From: Bacteroidales bacterium UBA6431
Lineage (GTDB): Bacteria; Bacteroidota; Bacteroidia; Bacteroidales; UBA932
NCBI GenBank assembly: GCA_002439095.1
Contig: DJOT01000021.1
Location: 55,282 to 119,281, forward strand
Length of the DNA stretch: 64,000 nucleotides
Reading direction: 5' to 3'
Position 1 is the first letter of the stretch, and the number at the start of each line of letters is the position of its first letter. Shown piece after piece: positions 18,712-28,416 of this stretch. Made by a program: the position numbers and the translations under genes. The notes below the pieces were generated by a model, which was not told the DNA's origin, made no database searches, and saw only the letters and a list, made by a program, of their open reading frames with translations.

Positions 18712-19749
18712 ATGAATAGAGAAGATATAGACAGAGTCCTCTCGGAGCTTTCGGAGCTCAAGTGCAGGACGCAGAAGGAAGTTGAGGAGGCGCGGGTGCG
18801 TTTTCTTGGCAAAAAAGGTGTGATTACCGCTCTTTTTGATGAGTTCCGGGTTGTGGACAAGGAGAAGAAGAAGGAGTTCGGGCGGACGCTCAACGAACTC
18901 AAGCAGGCAGCTCTCTCCAAGATCGAGGAGCTCCGTGACAGCGTGTCGGAAGACGGCGCGGTCGAGGGGGGCAAAGACGACCTTTCGATGCCCGGGGATC
19001 CGTACAAGCTCGGCTCGAGGCATCCTGTGTCCATCGTCCGTCAGGAGATAGTGGACATCTTCCGCAAGTTCGGCTATGATGTCGCCGAGGGTCCGGAGAT
19101 AGAGGATGACTACCATGTCTTCGAGGCCCTGAACTTCCCTCCGAACCATCCTGCCCGTGACATGCAGGATACGTTCTTCGTGTCCACGGGACATCCCAAT
19201 CCGCTGCTTCTCCGCACACATACATCAAGCGTGCAGGTACGCACCATGGAGTCCCAGAAAGTTCCTATCAGGGTCGTTTGTCCTGGAAGAGTGTTCCGCA
19301 ACGAGGCCATCAGCGCCCGCGCCCACTGCATCTTCCACCAGATAGAAGGTCTCTATATAGATGAGGGTGTGACTTTTGCGGACCTCAAGCAGGCCATTCT
19401 CCTGTTTGCCCGCGAGATGTTCGGGCCGGAGACACAGATCCGTATGCGTCCGTCGTATTTCCCGTTCACCGAGCCTTCCGCCGAAGTTGACGTGAGCTGC
19501 AACATCTGCCACGGCAAGGGGTGCAACATCTGTAAAGGCACCGGTTGGCTGGAGATTCTCGGTTGCGGCATGGTTGACCCCAATGTCTTGAAGGCCAGCG
19601 GTATCGACCCGGAGAAGTACAGCGGTTTCGCTTTCGGCATGGGGCTTGAGCGCATCGCGATGCTCAAGTGGAGGGTAAATGACCTGCGCCATTATTTCGA
19701 AAACGACATGCGTTTCCTGTCGGAGTTCGAGTCCGCTCCGGAAGTATAG
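18712..19749 (+). CDS. pheS: Phenylalanine-tRNA ligase alpha subunit
   Basis: HPARDMQDTFF, LLRTHTS, RPSYFPFTEPS, GFAFGMGLER. Confidence 0.99.
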   Translation: MNREDIDRVLSELSELKCRTQKEVEEARVRFLGKKGVITALFDEFRVVDKEKKKEFGRTLNELKQAALSKIEELRDSVSEDGAVEGGKDDLSMPGDPYKLGSRHPVSIVRQEIVDIFRKFGYDVAEGPEIEDDYHVFEALNFPPNHPARDMQDTFFVSTGHPNPLLLRTHTSSVQVRTMESQKVPIRVVCPGRVFRNEAISARAHCIFHQIEGLYIDEGVTFADLKQAILLFAREMFGPETQIRMRPSYFPFTEPSAEVDVSCNICHGKGCNICKGTGWLEILGCGMVDPNVLKASGIDPEKYSGFAFGMGLERIAMLKWRVNDLRHYFENDMRFLSEFESAPEV

Positions 19750-19786
19750 GCTTATAGAGGGTCCCGCCTGTTGACGGGGCGGGCCC

Positions 19787-19816
19787 TGTGTTCTTGAAAC
19801 CACGTTAAAAAACAAG
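19787..19816 (+). ncRNA. preQ1-I riboswitch aptamer
   Basis: P1 TGTG/CACG, loop TTCTTGAAAC, A-rich tail TTAAAAAACAAG with CTTG/CAAG pseudoknot; directly upstream of Q-precursor transporter and queF. Confidence 0.78.
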
Positions 19817-19819
19817 AAA

Positions 19820-20515
19820 ATGTCAAAAAAATTCAGCACCAGATTCCTGGTGATGGCGGTCCTGTTTGCGGTCTGCTTGATCACCTCAAATTTCTTTGTA
19901 CCACGCGTATGGCAGGTTGGCCACCTGCCGTTGCAGCTGTCGGGGGCGGTACTTCTCTTTCCCGTTTCCTACATCCTCAACGACTGCCTCACGGAGGTCT
20001 ACGGCTACCGTAAGTCGAGGCTTGTCATCTTCCTGGCTTTTGCCTTGAGCGCTTTCGTGGCTTTGATGTCCACCCTTGTCTGTCTGCTTCCGCCCCCGAT
20101 CGAAGAGGGCAGCCGGGCTGTGGCGGACAGTTTCGATTCGCTGTTCATGATGGTACCCAAGACCACCGTCGCATCGCTGCTGGCATTTGTGCTCGGATCC
20201 AATTTCAACGCGTTCATCATGAGCAAGATGAAGGTCGCCTCGCAGGGGAAGGCTTTCTGGATGAGGGCCATTGTGTCTTCTTTGGGAGGGGAACTTCTGG
20301 ACTCCTGCATCTTCTGCCCGATTGCGTTCTGGGGGATAATGAGCCCGAAGGCGATACTCGGGATCATCCTCACCCAGGTCTGCGTCAAGACGCTCTACGA
20401 ACTTATAGTCCTGCCGCTCACTTCGCTGATAGTCAAGCGCTTGAAGCAGAAGGAGGGGGAGGATGCTTACGATGTAAACATTTCTTATAACCCTTTCAGA
20501 TTGTCAGATATATGA
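19820..20515 (+). CDS. Queuosine precursor transporter (YhhQ/DUF165, VUT family)
   Basis: [40 protein letters not shown]; overlaps queF. Confidence 0.92.
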   Translation: MSKKFSTRFLVMAVLFAVCLITSNFFVPRVWQVGHLPLQLSGAVLLFPVSYILNDCLTEVYGYRKSRLVIFLAFALSAFVALMSTLVCLLPPPIEEGSRAVADSFDSLFMMVPKTTVASLLAFVLGSNFNAFIMSKMKVASQGKAFWMRAIVSSLGGELLDSCIFCPIAFWGIMSPKAILGIILTQVCVKTLYELIVLPLTSLIVKRLKQKEGEDAYDVNISYNPFRLSDI

Positions 20516-20970
20516 GTGACAGAAACAATGAAGGCCTGTCCGCTCTCGGGCGGAAGACCAGATATAGGGACGACTACGCCCCCGAGGTCCTGGAAACCTT
20601 CGTCAACAAGCACCAGGGCAACGATTACTGGGTGAGGTTCAACTGTCCCGAGTTCACATCATTGTGCCCTATCACCGGGCAGCCCGATTTCGCCGAGATA
20701 CGGATAAGCTACATCCCGGACGTGAAGATGGTGGAGAGCAAGAGCCTCAAGCTCTACCTGTTCAGTTTCCGCAACCATGGAGACTTCCACGAGGACTGTG
20801 TCAACATCATCATGAAGGACCTCATCGCACTGATGGATCCCAAGTATATAGAGGTGACCGGACTCTTCACCCCTCGCGGAGGAATATCCATTTACCCTTA
20901 TGCCAACTACGGGAGACCGGGGACAAAATATGAGGCTTTGGCAGAGAGCCGTTTTGCCTCGCACGAATAG
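20512..20970 (+). CDS. queF: preQ1 synthase (NADPH-dependent 7-cyano-7-deazaguanine reductase)
   Basis: [41 protein letters not shown]. Confidence 0.98.
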   Translation: MSDRNNEGLSALGRKTRYRDDYAPEVLETFVNKHQGNDYWVRFNCPEFTSLCPITGQPDFAEIRISYIPDVKMVESKSLKLYLFSFRNHGDFHEDCVNIIMKDLIALMDPKYIEVTGLFTPRGGISIYPYANYGRPGTKYEALAESRFASHE

Positions 20971-21047
20971 TTTTCGGCTTTTTTTCGTATATTGCTCCCC
21001 GGTCCGGCCTTTGCGCTAGACCGGGGACTTCTTAGTAAATGTATTAT

Positions 21048-23858
21048 ATGAAGAAAAATCTGATGTTTTTTGCGCTTCTCCTGCTGTCTGCCGGAGGAGT
21101 CTATGCCCAGAAGAAGCCGCTTGACCACGATGCATACGATGCGTGGCAGAGGGTGTCCGCCCTCCGGCTGTCAAACGACGGGGGCCTGCTTGTGTGGCAG
21201 GTCTCGCCGCAGGAGGGGGACGGATACCTTGTGCTCCGCAATCTCAAGACGGGAAAGGAGCTCACCATCGAGAGGGCTTCCGGCTTCGACATGAGCGAGG
21301 CCGCCGATTTCGGGGTCTGCAAGATCAGCGCGCCGTTCGCTCTGACGCGCCAGGCCAAGATCGACAAGAAGAAAAAGGACGAGATGCCAAAGGACACCAT
21401 AGCCTGCATCAATCTGCGCACTTTTGAACTGACCCGCATCCCGGACGCTTCCTCGGCCGAGCTCGGCTTCGACGCCGCCCCGTTCATCTTCGTCAGCCAG
21501 GAGGTAAAAGACAGGAAGGACACCAAATCCCTGCTTGTCCTTGACACCGCCACCGGGGACATCGACACACTCAAGAACATCGCCTCCTTCGAGGTGGCCA
21601 AGTCCGGGGACAAGCTCGCCGTGGCCACCGGCAAGGAGAAGAAGGACTCACTGTCCAAGAACTCCGTCGCCGTGTATGACCTCGCGGCCGGCACCGTCAA
21701 GGAACTTGCCGAGGGCGGCAAGGCCTATGGCGGGCTCTCTTTCAATGATACTGGCGACAAGCTTGTCTTCCTCTCCACCGACCAGGAGGAGAAACTTGAC
21801 GGCACGCCGAGATATTCCGTATGGCTCGGGCAGGAGAAAATTCTCAAGAAGGCCACGCGCCGCACTCCTGCTGTCAAGGAGTTCAGCGCATCGGTTGTGG
21901 TGCCGGGTGACTGCGCGTCACTGCCTGAGGGTTGGGTGATAACCAAGACTGCCCGTCCGCGCTTCTCCAACAAGTCGTCACGTCTCGTGCTGAACCTCTC
22001 CGAGTATTTCCCTCCTAAGGACACCACGCTCGTGTCTTTCGAGACTGCCGGGCTGGACATCTGGAACTGGGACAGCTACACCCTCCCTCCTATGGCGAAA
22101 GCCGGAGCCCGTAAGCAGACCCGTACTGCTGTCGTCAACCTCTCTTCGGCCACTGATCTGCTCGTGCTCTCCGCCAATGCCAACGACCGCATCAGTTTCT
22201 CCGACGGTGCCGAGGGTGATTACGCCATATCCCGGGATTCGGATCCTTATATGCTTGAGTCCCTGTGGGCAGTCAACAACAAATCTGACTACTCTATGGT
22301 GGATCTCCGGGACGGAAGCCGCCGTCCGCTCAAGGACGCGCTGGAGGGGACCACAGCCCTTTCTCCTTTTGGGAAATATATGGCGTGGTTCGACCCCAAA
22401 GACGGGGACTGGTACAGCTGGAACCTGTCCACCGGGGAGATGGTCAACCTCACCGGAGTTCTGGACGTGGCCTTCTTCGATGAGGAGGACGACCATCCTC
22501 TCGGCTGCTTCATCCCTGTTTCATACCCGCGTTGGATCGGCCAGGACGAAGCCCTGCTGATCGGGGACCGTTATGACATCTGGAAGTTCTCCCCAGACGG
22601 CAAGAAGATCGAGAATCTCACCTCCGGACAGGGCCGCAAGAACCATGTGCGCTACGAGATCCTTGACATCGGCCGCCATAACGACCCTTACCTCTACCAG
22701 AACCCGATGAACTTCCAGAAGAAAGGCAAGCTTTACCTTACCGCTTTCAATGAGGACACTTCCGAGAACGGGTATGCCATCGCCAATCTTGCCAAGCCTT
22801 CTGCCCCTCAAGGATTTACGGACAAATGGTCTTTCTCTTCGACCATGAAGGCCCAGAATGCCGGGACAATAGTTTATCTCAAGGGCAACTTCCGCAACCC
22901 GATGAATGTCTACGTCACACAGGACGAGTGGAAGACCTCGGACCGCCTCACGGACCTCAACCCCCAGCAGGCGGGCTACAACTGGGGTGATGTTCAGCTG
23001 GTGCACTGGAACGCCTATGACGGAACCCCGCTCAAAGGCCTGCTCTACACCCCGGACAACCTCGACGCTTCCCACAAGTACCCTATGCTGATCTACTTCT
23101 ACGAGAAGAACTCAGAGACGCTCTACAACTACATCCAGCCGGCCCCGAGCCGCTCGATAATCAACATCCCGTTCTACGTCAGCCGTGGTTACGTGGTCTT
23201 CGTGCCTGACATCGTCTACAAGGACGGACACCCGGGGGAGAGTGCCTACAACTGCATCTGTTCGGGTGCTGAGGCCATGTGCGCGCAGTTCGGCTTTATC
23301 GACAAGTCGAAGATGGGAATCCAGGGCCAGAGTTGGGGCGGATATCAGACGGCCTACCTTGTCACCCGTACGGACATGTTCGCTGCGGCGGGAGCCGGAG
23401 CTCCTGTGGGCAACATGACCAGCGCCTACGGCGGAATCCGTTGGGAGTCAGGCAACAGCCGCATCAGCCAGTACGAGCACGGGCAGAGCCGCATCGGCAA
23501 GACCCTTTGGGATGAAGGCGGGCTGGATCTCTACATCGAGAACTCCCCGGTATTCTTCGCGCCGAAAGTCAAAACCCCTGTCCTCATCATGCACAACGAT
23601 GCCGACGGCGCTGTGCCATGGTACCAGGGCATAGAGTTCTTCATGTCTCTCCGCCGCCTCGGGAAACCGGCATGGCTGCTTGAATACAACGACGAGGCCC
23701 ACAACCTCAAGGAGCGGCGCAACTGCAAGGACCTCTCCCGCAGGCTTCAACAGTTCTTCGATTACTATCTGCAGGGCGCTCCTGAGCCTGCCTGGATGAA
23801 GACGGGCATCCCTCACCAGCGCAAGGGCAGCTACTTCGGCTTCGAGCCTGCGGAATAA
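21048..23858 (+). CDS. S9 family serine peptidase (prolyl oligopeptidase / dipeptidyl peptidase-like), secreted
   Basis: GQSWGGY, MHNDADGAVPW, EAHNL catalytic triad; N-terminal propeller; start may be 21039. Confidence 0.93.
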   Translation: MKKNLMFFALLLLSAGGVYAQKKPLDHDAYDAWQRVSALRLSNDGGLLVWQVSPQEGDGYLVLRNLKTGKELTIERASGFDMSEAADFGVCKISAPFALTRQAKIDKKKKDEMPKDTIACINLRTFELTRIPDASSAELGFDAAPFIFVSQEVKDRKDTKSLLVLDTATGDIDTLKNIASFEVAKSGDKLAVATGKEKKDSLSKNSVAVYDLAAGTVKELAEGGKAYGGLSFNDTGDKLVFLSTDQEEKLDGTPRYSVWLGQEKILKKATRRTPAVKEFSASVVVPGDCASLPEGWVITKTARPRFSNKSSRLVLNLSEYFPPKDTTLVSFETAGLDIWNWDSYTLPPMAKAGARKQTRTAVVNLSSATDLLVLSANANDRISFSDGAEGDYAISRDSDPYMLESLWAVNNKSDYSMVDLRDGSRRPLKDALEGTTALSPFGKYMAWFDPKDGDWYSWNLSTGEMVNLTGVLDVAFFDEEDDHPLGCFIPVSYPRWIGQDEALLIGDRYDIWKFSPDGKKIENLTSGQGRKNHVRYEILDIGRHNDPYLYQNPMNFQKKGKLYLTAFNEDTSENGYAIANLAKPSAPQGFTDKWSFSSTMKAQNAGTIVYLKGNFRNPMNVYVTQDEWKTSDRLTDLNPQQAGYNWGDVQLVHWNAYDGTPLKGLLYTPDNLDASHKYPMLIYFYEKNSETLYNYIQPAPSRSIINIPFYVSRGYVVFVPDIVYKDGHPGESAYNCICSGAEAMCAQFGFIDKSKMGIQGQSWGGYQTAYLVTRTDMFAAAGAGAPVGNMTSAYGGIRWESGNSRISQYEHGQSRIGKTLWDEGGLDLYIENSPVFFAPKVKTPVLIMHNDADGAVPWYQGIEFFMSLRRLGKPAWLLEYNDEAHNLKERRNCKDLSRRLQQFFDYYLQGAPEPAWMKTGIPHQRKGSYFGFEPAE

Positions 23859-23878
23859 CAATCGTGTTATAATGGATG

Positions 23879-23909
23879 GGCTTGACTTTTTGGAGTCAAG
23901 CCTTTTTTT
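23879..23909 (+). terminator. Rho-independent terminator
   Basis: GGCTTGACT-TTTTGG-AGTCAAGCC-T7. Confidence 0.85.
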
Positions 23910-24182
23910 GTCCGCCATTTTCCGGTTTAACTGGGCAGATTGCCATGCATCGTTGGCACCAACCTCCGACAAACCCGGTTTTTCGTCAATCTCGGTCATG
24001 ATATCATGGGCTGCACGGGCCTCTATGGCTGGTATGCATAACCGAGGGGGCCTCTCAGGGTACGTCGGTCACGCTTGACGCAACTATAACGCTACCAGAG
24101 ACGGTTACTCGTGGCCGAGTTTGACGGGTTGCATCAAGCAGAGACAGACGCGTGACGACAGTAGTAGAAATGTGCTTGTCCC

Positions 24183-24485
24183 GCAAAGTCGGAAAGAGAT
24201 TTCCGGAGGGTCGCGTCAGCGGCGCGGCGGAGCGTCAGCGAGATGTCAAAGACATCGAAGCAGCGAAGACGCCCGGCGAAGGCTTGCCGAGCCGGCATGC
24301 CCCTGAAAGGGGCTGTCTGCGAAGCAGACTGGGGTTGAGAAAGCCGCGCTTGCGCAGCAAGCGCAGGGGTTTCGGGGATATGCCCTCGAAAGTGCTCATC
24401 AGAGCACCGGCGCGGTCGTGGGACTTTGCGTCAGCAAAGTCGGAAAGCGACTTGAGCGCCGCAGGGGTTTCGGGGATATGCCCCG
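24183..24485. repeat. GC-rich hairpin array with internal direct repeats
   Basis: At least seven short perfect hairpins; 24-bp repeat at 24362/24460 and 14-bp repeat at 24183/24434. Confidence 0.7.
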
Positions 24486-24494
24486 TAAATATAG

Positions 24495-24579
24495 TGCCTC
24501 GGATGAGACTCGAACTCACACGGACATTGCTGTCCAAGGGATTTTAAGTCCCTCGTGTCTACCATTCCACCACCAAGGC
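24495..24579 (-). tRNA. tRNA-Leu(TAA)
   Basis: Reverse complement GCCTTGGTGGTGGAATGGTAGACACGAGGGACTTAAAATCCCT...GTTCGAGTCTCATCCGAGGCA; promoter TATCTTTG at 24587-24594 (-). Confidence 0.97.
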
Positions 24580-24770
24580 ATCTTCGCAAAGATACGCAAA
24601 AAACCAAGAAGCCGTTTTGATTTATGTTGAAAATTCTTTTACTTGCTTTTTCGCCATAGTTTTCCCTGGATTATTCGGTCAGATAGTTCTACTATCTTTC
24701 TCAAAATCCAGAAAAAACTCTGACAGAAAAATCTTCATAAAATTTATGACAAATAAATTCAAAACAGCTT

Positions 24771-26078
24771 CTAAAAATATTTCTTCTCCTGCCTGTTGAG
24801 CGCCAGGAAAATGAATATCATCATCGAAAACGACAGCAGCGAAGACCCTCCGTAGCTGAGCATCGGCAGCGGAATCCCGATTACCGGCATCAGCCCTATG
24901 GTCATTCCGATATTGATGAAAAGATGCATGAAAAGACATGCCGCCACGCAGTAGCCGTAGATCCGCGTGAACGCCTCCCTGCTTTTCTCCGCGTCAGTGA
25001 TCAGCCTATATATTAGGCATACATATATCAGAATAAGGGCGAGGCAGCCGATGAATCCGAATTCTTCGCCTATTGTGCAGAAAATGAAATCAGTGCTTTG
25101 CTCCGGCACGAACCCGTATGTGGTCTGTGTCCCGTTGAGGAAGCCCTTCCCGGTCAGCCCTCCGGAACCGATTGCGATCATTGACTGTCTGACGTTATAT
25201 CCTACTCCTGCCGGATCTTCCTTCAGCCCGAGCAGAACCTCTATCCTTTTGCGTTGATGATCCTGGAGGACATGGTTGAAAAGGAAGTCGGTTGCAAATA
25301 TCATGGTGATTCCGGCTGCAAGGACGAGGACAGTACGTGTGATATGGCTCATCCTTATGCTGTGCCCTCGCCGGAATCCGGACCCATAGAAGAAAAATAC
25401 GGCGCACAGCAGGGCGAGAACCGAGGCCGCCGCCCACCATGGAGCCGTCAGAGTGAGAATGAACAAGACAATAGCCGCCCCGAGGAATATGAACCACCAC
25501 CCCGAGAGTCCCTCTCTGTAGAGGACGAACAGATATCCGACATATACGAGGGCGGAGCCGGTCTCGCTTTCTCCAAGGATCGCCAACATCGGCAGCCCTA
25601 TGACCGCAGCAACCGCCATGAATCCTTTTTTTGTTGTCAGCCTGAACCCTTGCCTGCTCATGACCAGCGCCAGCATCAGCGAGGTTGTTATTTTCGACAC
25701 CTCAGCCGGCTGGAACTTCACCGGGCCGAATTCGAACCACGAGTGCGAACCCTTGACATCTTTGCTGACGAAAATCACCAGCACCAGCAAAAAAAAGACG
25801 ACGAGATAGCCTGCCGGAGCGATGGCCTCCCAGATTCTCGGGTTGACGGCGAACAATATGAGAGCATCAAACAGCAGCGCCACCGCCATCCAGGCGAACT
25901 GCTTGCCGCTTCTGCACCCGAGGTCGAATATTGAGGAAGGCTCCGTGGAGTGTATCGAGGCGTAGATGCTCACCCATCCTGTCAATACGAGGGCGATATA
26001 GCACAAGACGAGTTTCCAGTCGACAGTCTGCCGAAGGTTTCTCTCAAATGGCCGGTTTCCTGTGTTGAATATGCCCAT
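24771..26078 (-). CDS. rodA: Rod shape-determining protein RodA (SEDS)
   Basis: FQPAEVSK, IGSGGLTGKG, VPEQSTDFIF, GIPLPMLSYGGSS; last gene of the mre operon. Confidence 0.96.
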   Translation of the reverse strand: MGIFNTGNRPFERNLRQTVDWKLVLCYIALVLTGWVSIYASIHSTEPSSIFDLGCRSGKQFAWMAVALLFDALILFAVNPRIWEAIAPAGYLVVFFLLVLVIFVSKDVKGSHSWFEFGPVKFQPAEVSKITTSLMLALVMSRQGFRLTTKKGFMAVAAVIGLPMLAILGESETGSALVYVGYLFVLYREGLSGWWFIFLGAAIVLFILTLTAPWWAAASVLALLCAVFFFYGSGFRRGHSIRMSHITRTVLVLAAGITMIFATDFLFNHVLQDHQRKRIEVLLGLKEDPAGVGYNVRQSMIAIGSGGLTGKGFLNGTQTTYGFVPEQSTDFIFCTIGEEFGFIGCLALILIYVCLIYRLITDAEKSREAFTRIYGYCVAACLFMHLFINIGMTIGLMPVIGIPLPMLSYGGSSLLSFSMMIFIFLALNRQEKKYF

Positions 26079-26080
26079 GT

Positions 26081-27904
26081 TCAGAAGAATCTTGTCGTGA
26101 GAAGTCTGTCTTCAAGGTACTTTCGCTGCGCGGAGATTTCCCCGTTGAGATACATCTCAAGCATCAGCGAAGCTACCGGAAGAGCCCAAGTGGCCCCGAA
26201 TCCGGCGTTTTCCACATAGGCGGCGACGGCTATCTTCGGGTTGTCCTTGGGTGCGAAGCAGATGAATACGGAGTTGTCTTTGCCGTGCGGGTTCTGGGCG
26301 GTGCCGGTCTTTCCGCACACGTCAAGCCCCGGTATCGCTGCTGCACGGGCCGTCATCCCAGCAGAACCTCCTCCGTTGACCGCCATATACATGCCTTCCA
26401 CGGCTACTTTGAAGTATGATGTGTCCACCTTGGTGTACTGCCTTTCGTGGAAACGGCTGTCGATAGTCACCCCGTCGGAGTCCTTGACGATATGGGGGAT
26501 GTAGTAGAACCCCCTGTTGGCCATGATGGCCGCGAGGTTGGCTATCTGCAGAGGGGTGGCACCGATTTCCCCCTGCCCGATTGACAGGGAAACCACAGTC
26601 TGGAATCTCCAGCGTCCAGTCCCGTAGACGCGGTTGTAGTATTTTGCTGAGGGGATGTTCCCTCCGAGTTCCGACGGGAAGTCGCTCCCGAGTTTGTGTC
26701 CGAATCCGAAACTCATCACATAGTCCCTCCATGCGTCGAGGGCCTCGGCTGTGCTGGAATAGGCCTTGTTCTCGAGGATGTTGCGCATCACATAGCAGAA
26801 GTAGCCGTTGCAGGATGTCGCGATCGCGTCTTTGAACTGGAGCGGCGAGGAGTGCGCATGACAGCCGAGCTTGTGGTTGCCGCTATAGTAATAACCTCCG
26901 TTGCAGGGGTAGGAATATGACGGCTTGAGCACTCCCTCCTGCAGCCCGATGAGACCGTTGACCAGTTTGAATACCGAGCCTGGCGGGTAGGAGGCCATCA
27001 CGGTCCTGTTGAACATCGGCTTGCGCGGGTTGCGTGCGATCTCTCCATAGTGCTTTCCGATGTCGGAGAGAACGTCCACATCTATTCCGGGGCTGGACAC
27101 CATCGCGAGGATCTCGCCGGTCGAGGGTTCTATGGCCACCACGGATCCTACCTTGCCTTCCATGAGCCTCTGGCCGTATTGCTGGAGGTGTGCATCTATT
27201 GTGGAGACGATGTCTTTGCCTGGTATGGCCGCCTTGTCTTCCCGGCCGTCCTGGTATGCGTCCTGAAGGCGGTTGCGCGAATCTCTGAGGAAGATGTGGT
27301 ACCCTTTCTCGCCTTTGAGGCTGTCCTCCATCGCCGCTTCAAGGCCAGTACGTCCCACATAATCACCGGATTTGTACTCGGGATGCTTCTTGATATAGTC
27401 CGCATCCACTTCGGAAATGTAGCCGAGGAGGTTGCCTCCGGCATTGAAAGGATATTCCCTGATGCTCCTCATCTGTGCCCTGAAGCCGGGGAAGAGATAT
27501 TCCTGCTCTGCAAATTTCTGGTATGTCTCCGGCGGGATCTGCTTGAGAAAAGTCTGGGTCTGGTAGCCTATTCTGCTTCTGTATGTCCGGTAGTAGTTCA
27601 TCTTGCTCCGCACATAGGCTACGCTCGTGTCAAGTGCGGCGGCAAGTGCCACCGTGTCGAGCTGTTTGACATCGCGCGGGGTCACGAGGATGTCGTAGCA
27701 CACCGCATTTCCGACCAGAATCTCCCCGTTGCGGTCGTAGACCACCCCTCGCGGCGGGTAGATGGTGGCGTAGACCATGGAGTTGTTGGATGCGTCCTTC
27801 TTGTATTCGTCGTTGATTATCTGGATATAGAAAAGTCTGGCCAGCAGTATGACGGCAGCTGCGGCCAGTCCTATGAGGAGCTTGTTTCTGCGGTTTATCT
27901 CCAT
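26081..27904 (-). CDS. mrdA: Penicillin-binding protein 2
   Basis: PPGSVFK, SCN, GKTGTAQ; between mreD and rodA. Confidence 0.96.
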   Translation of the reverse strand: MEINRRNKLLIGLAAAAVILLARLFYIQIINDEYKKDASNNSMVYATIYPPRGVVYDRNGEILVGNAVCYDILVTPRDVKQLDTVALAAALDTSVAYVRSKMNYYRTYRSRIGYQTQTFLKQIPPETYQKFAEQEYLFPGFRAQMRSIREYPFNAGGNLLGYISEVDADYIKKHPEYKSGDYVGRTGLEAAMEDSLKGEKGYHIFLRDSRNRLQDAYQDGREDKAAIPGKDIVSTIDAHLQQYGQRLMEGKVGSVVAIEPSTGEILAMVSSPGIDVDVLSDIGKHYGEIARNPRKPMFNRTVMASYPPGSVFKLVNGLIGLQEGVLKPSYSYPCNGGYYYSGNHKLGCHAHSSPLQFKDAIATSCNGYFCYVMRNILENKAYSSTAEALDAWRDYVMSFGFGHKLGSDFPSELGGNIPSAKYYNRVYGTGRWRFQTVVSLSIGQGEIGATPLQIANLAAIMANRGFYYIPHIVKDSDGVTIDSRFHERQYTKVDTSYFKVAVEGMYMAVNGGGSAGMTARAAAIPGLDVCGKTGTAQNPHGKDNSVFICFAPKDNPKIAVAAYVENAGFGATWALPVASLMLEMYLNGEISAQRKYLEDRLLTTRFF

Positions 27905-28416
27905 TTCGTCTCGGTGTCAGGGCAGAGAAGGTCTGCAAGAGGGAGAGATATCGCCGAACTCAATGTGAGTGAGGCGAAGAACTTTACTGCCATTGCCCAG
28001 AACGGGCTGGTGCCGGCGCTGTCGGCTGTGATGTAGACCAGCAGGAACAGTGCTGTGGCGAGAGTATTCGCGATGAGCATCTTGTTTCTGCCCAGCCGTT
28101 GTGATGAGACCTCTTCGCCGCGTGACAAGAGCTCGCCGCCGAACACAAGCGAGAGGAGGGGACGCCTGAGAAAAGCCACCGGAACGAGCGAGAGTACGGT
28201 GAGACCTATGGGGCCGGCTGCGAGGAAGTCCGCCGCGAAGCCGGAAGCGAAAGCTATGAGCATGGTCACGATTGTGCTGCATCTCAGCGGCAGGCAGAGA
28301 ATCATCACCGGCAGGATGGCGACCATCAGCAGAGGCGTGAAATTGAAATAATTCCACAGCAGGATCTGGGCTGCAAGCAGCAGGAGGTATTTGACGGTGA
28401 AGTTCCAGTGTCTCAT
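27895..28416 (-). CDS. mreD: Rod shape-determining protein MreD
   Basis: Small multi-TM protein between mreC and mrdA. Confidence 0.8.
   Translation of the reverse strand: MRHWNFTVKYLLLLAAQILLWNYFNFTPLLMVAILPVMILCLPLRCSTIVTMLIAFASGFAADFLAAGPIGLTVLSLVPVAFLRRPLLSLVFGGELLSRGEEVSSQRLGRNKMLIANTLATALFLLVYITADSAGTSPFWAMAVKFFASLTLSSAISLPLADLLCPDTETKWR

Noticed and set aside
24152..24547. 131-aa ORF and opposite 100-aa ORF over the hairpin array
   Set aside because: Overlap tRNA-Leu; the repeated peptide RGFGDMP merely reflects the DNA repeat
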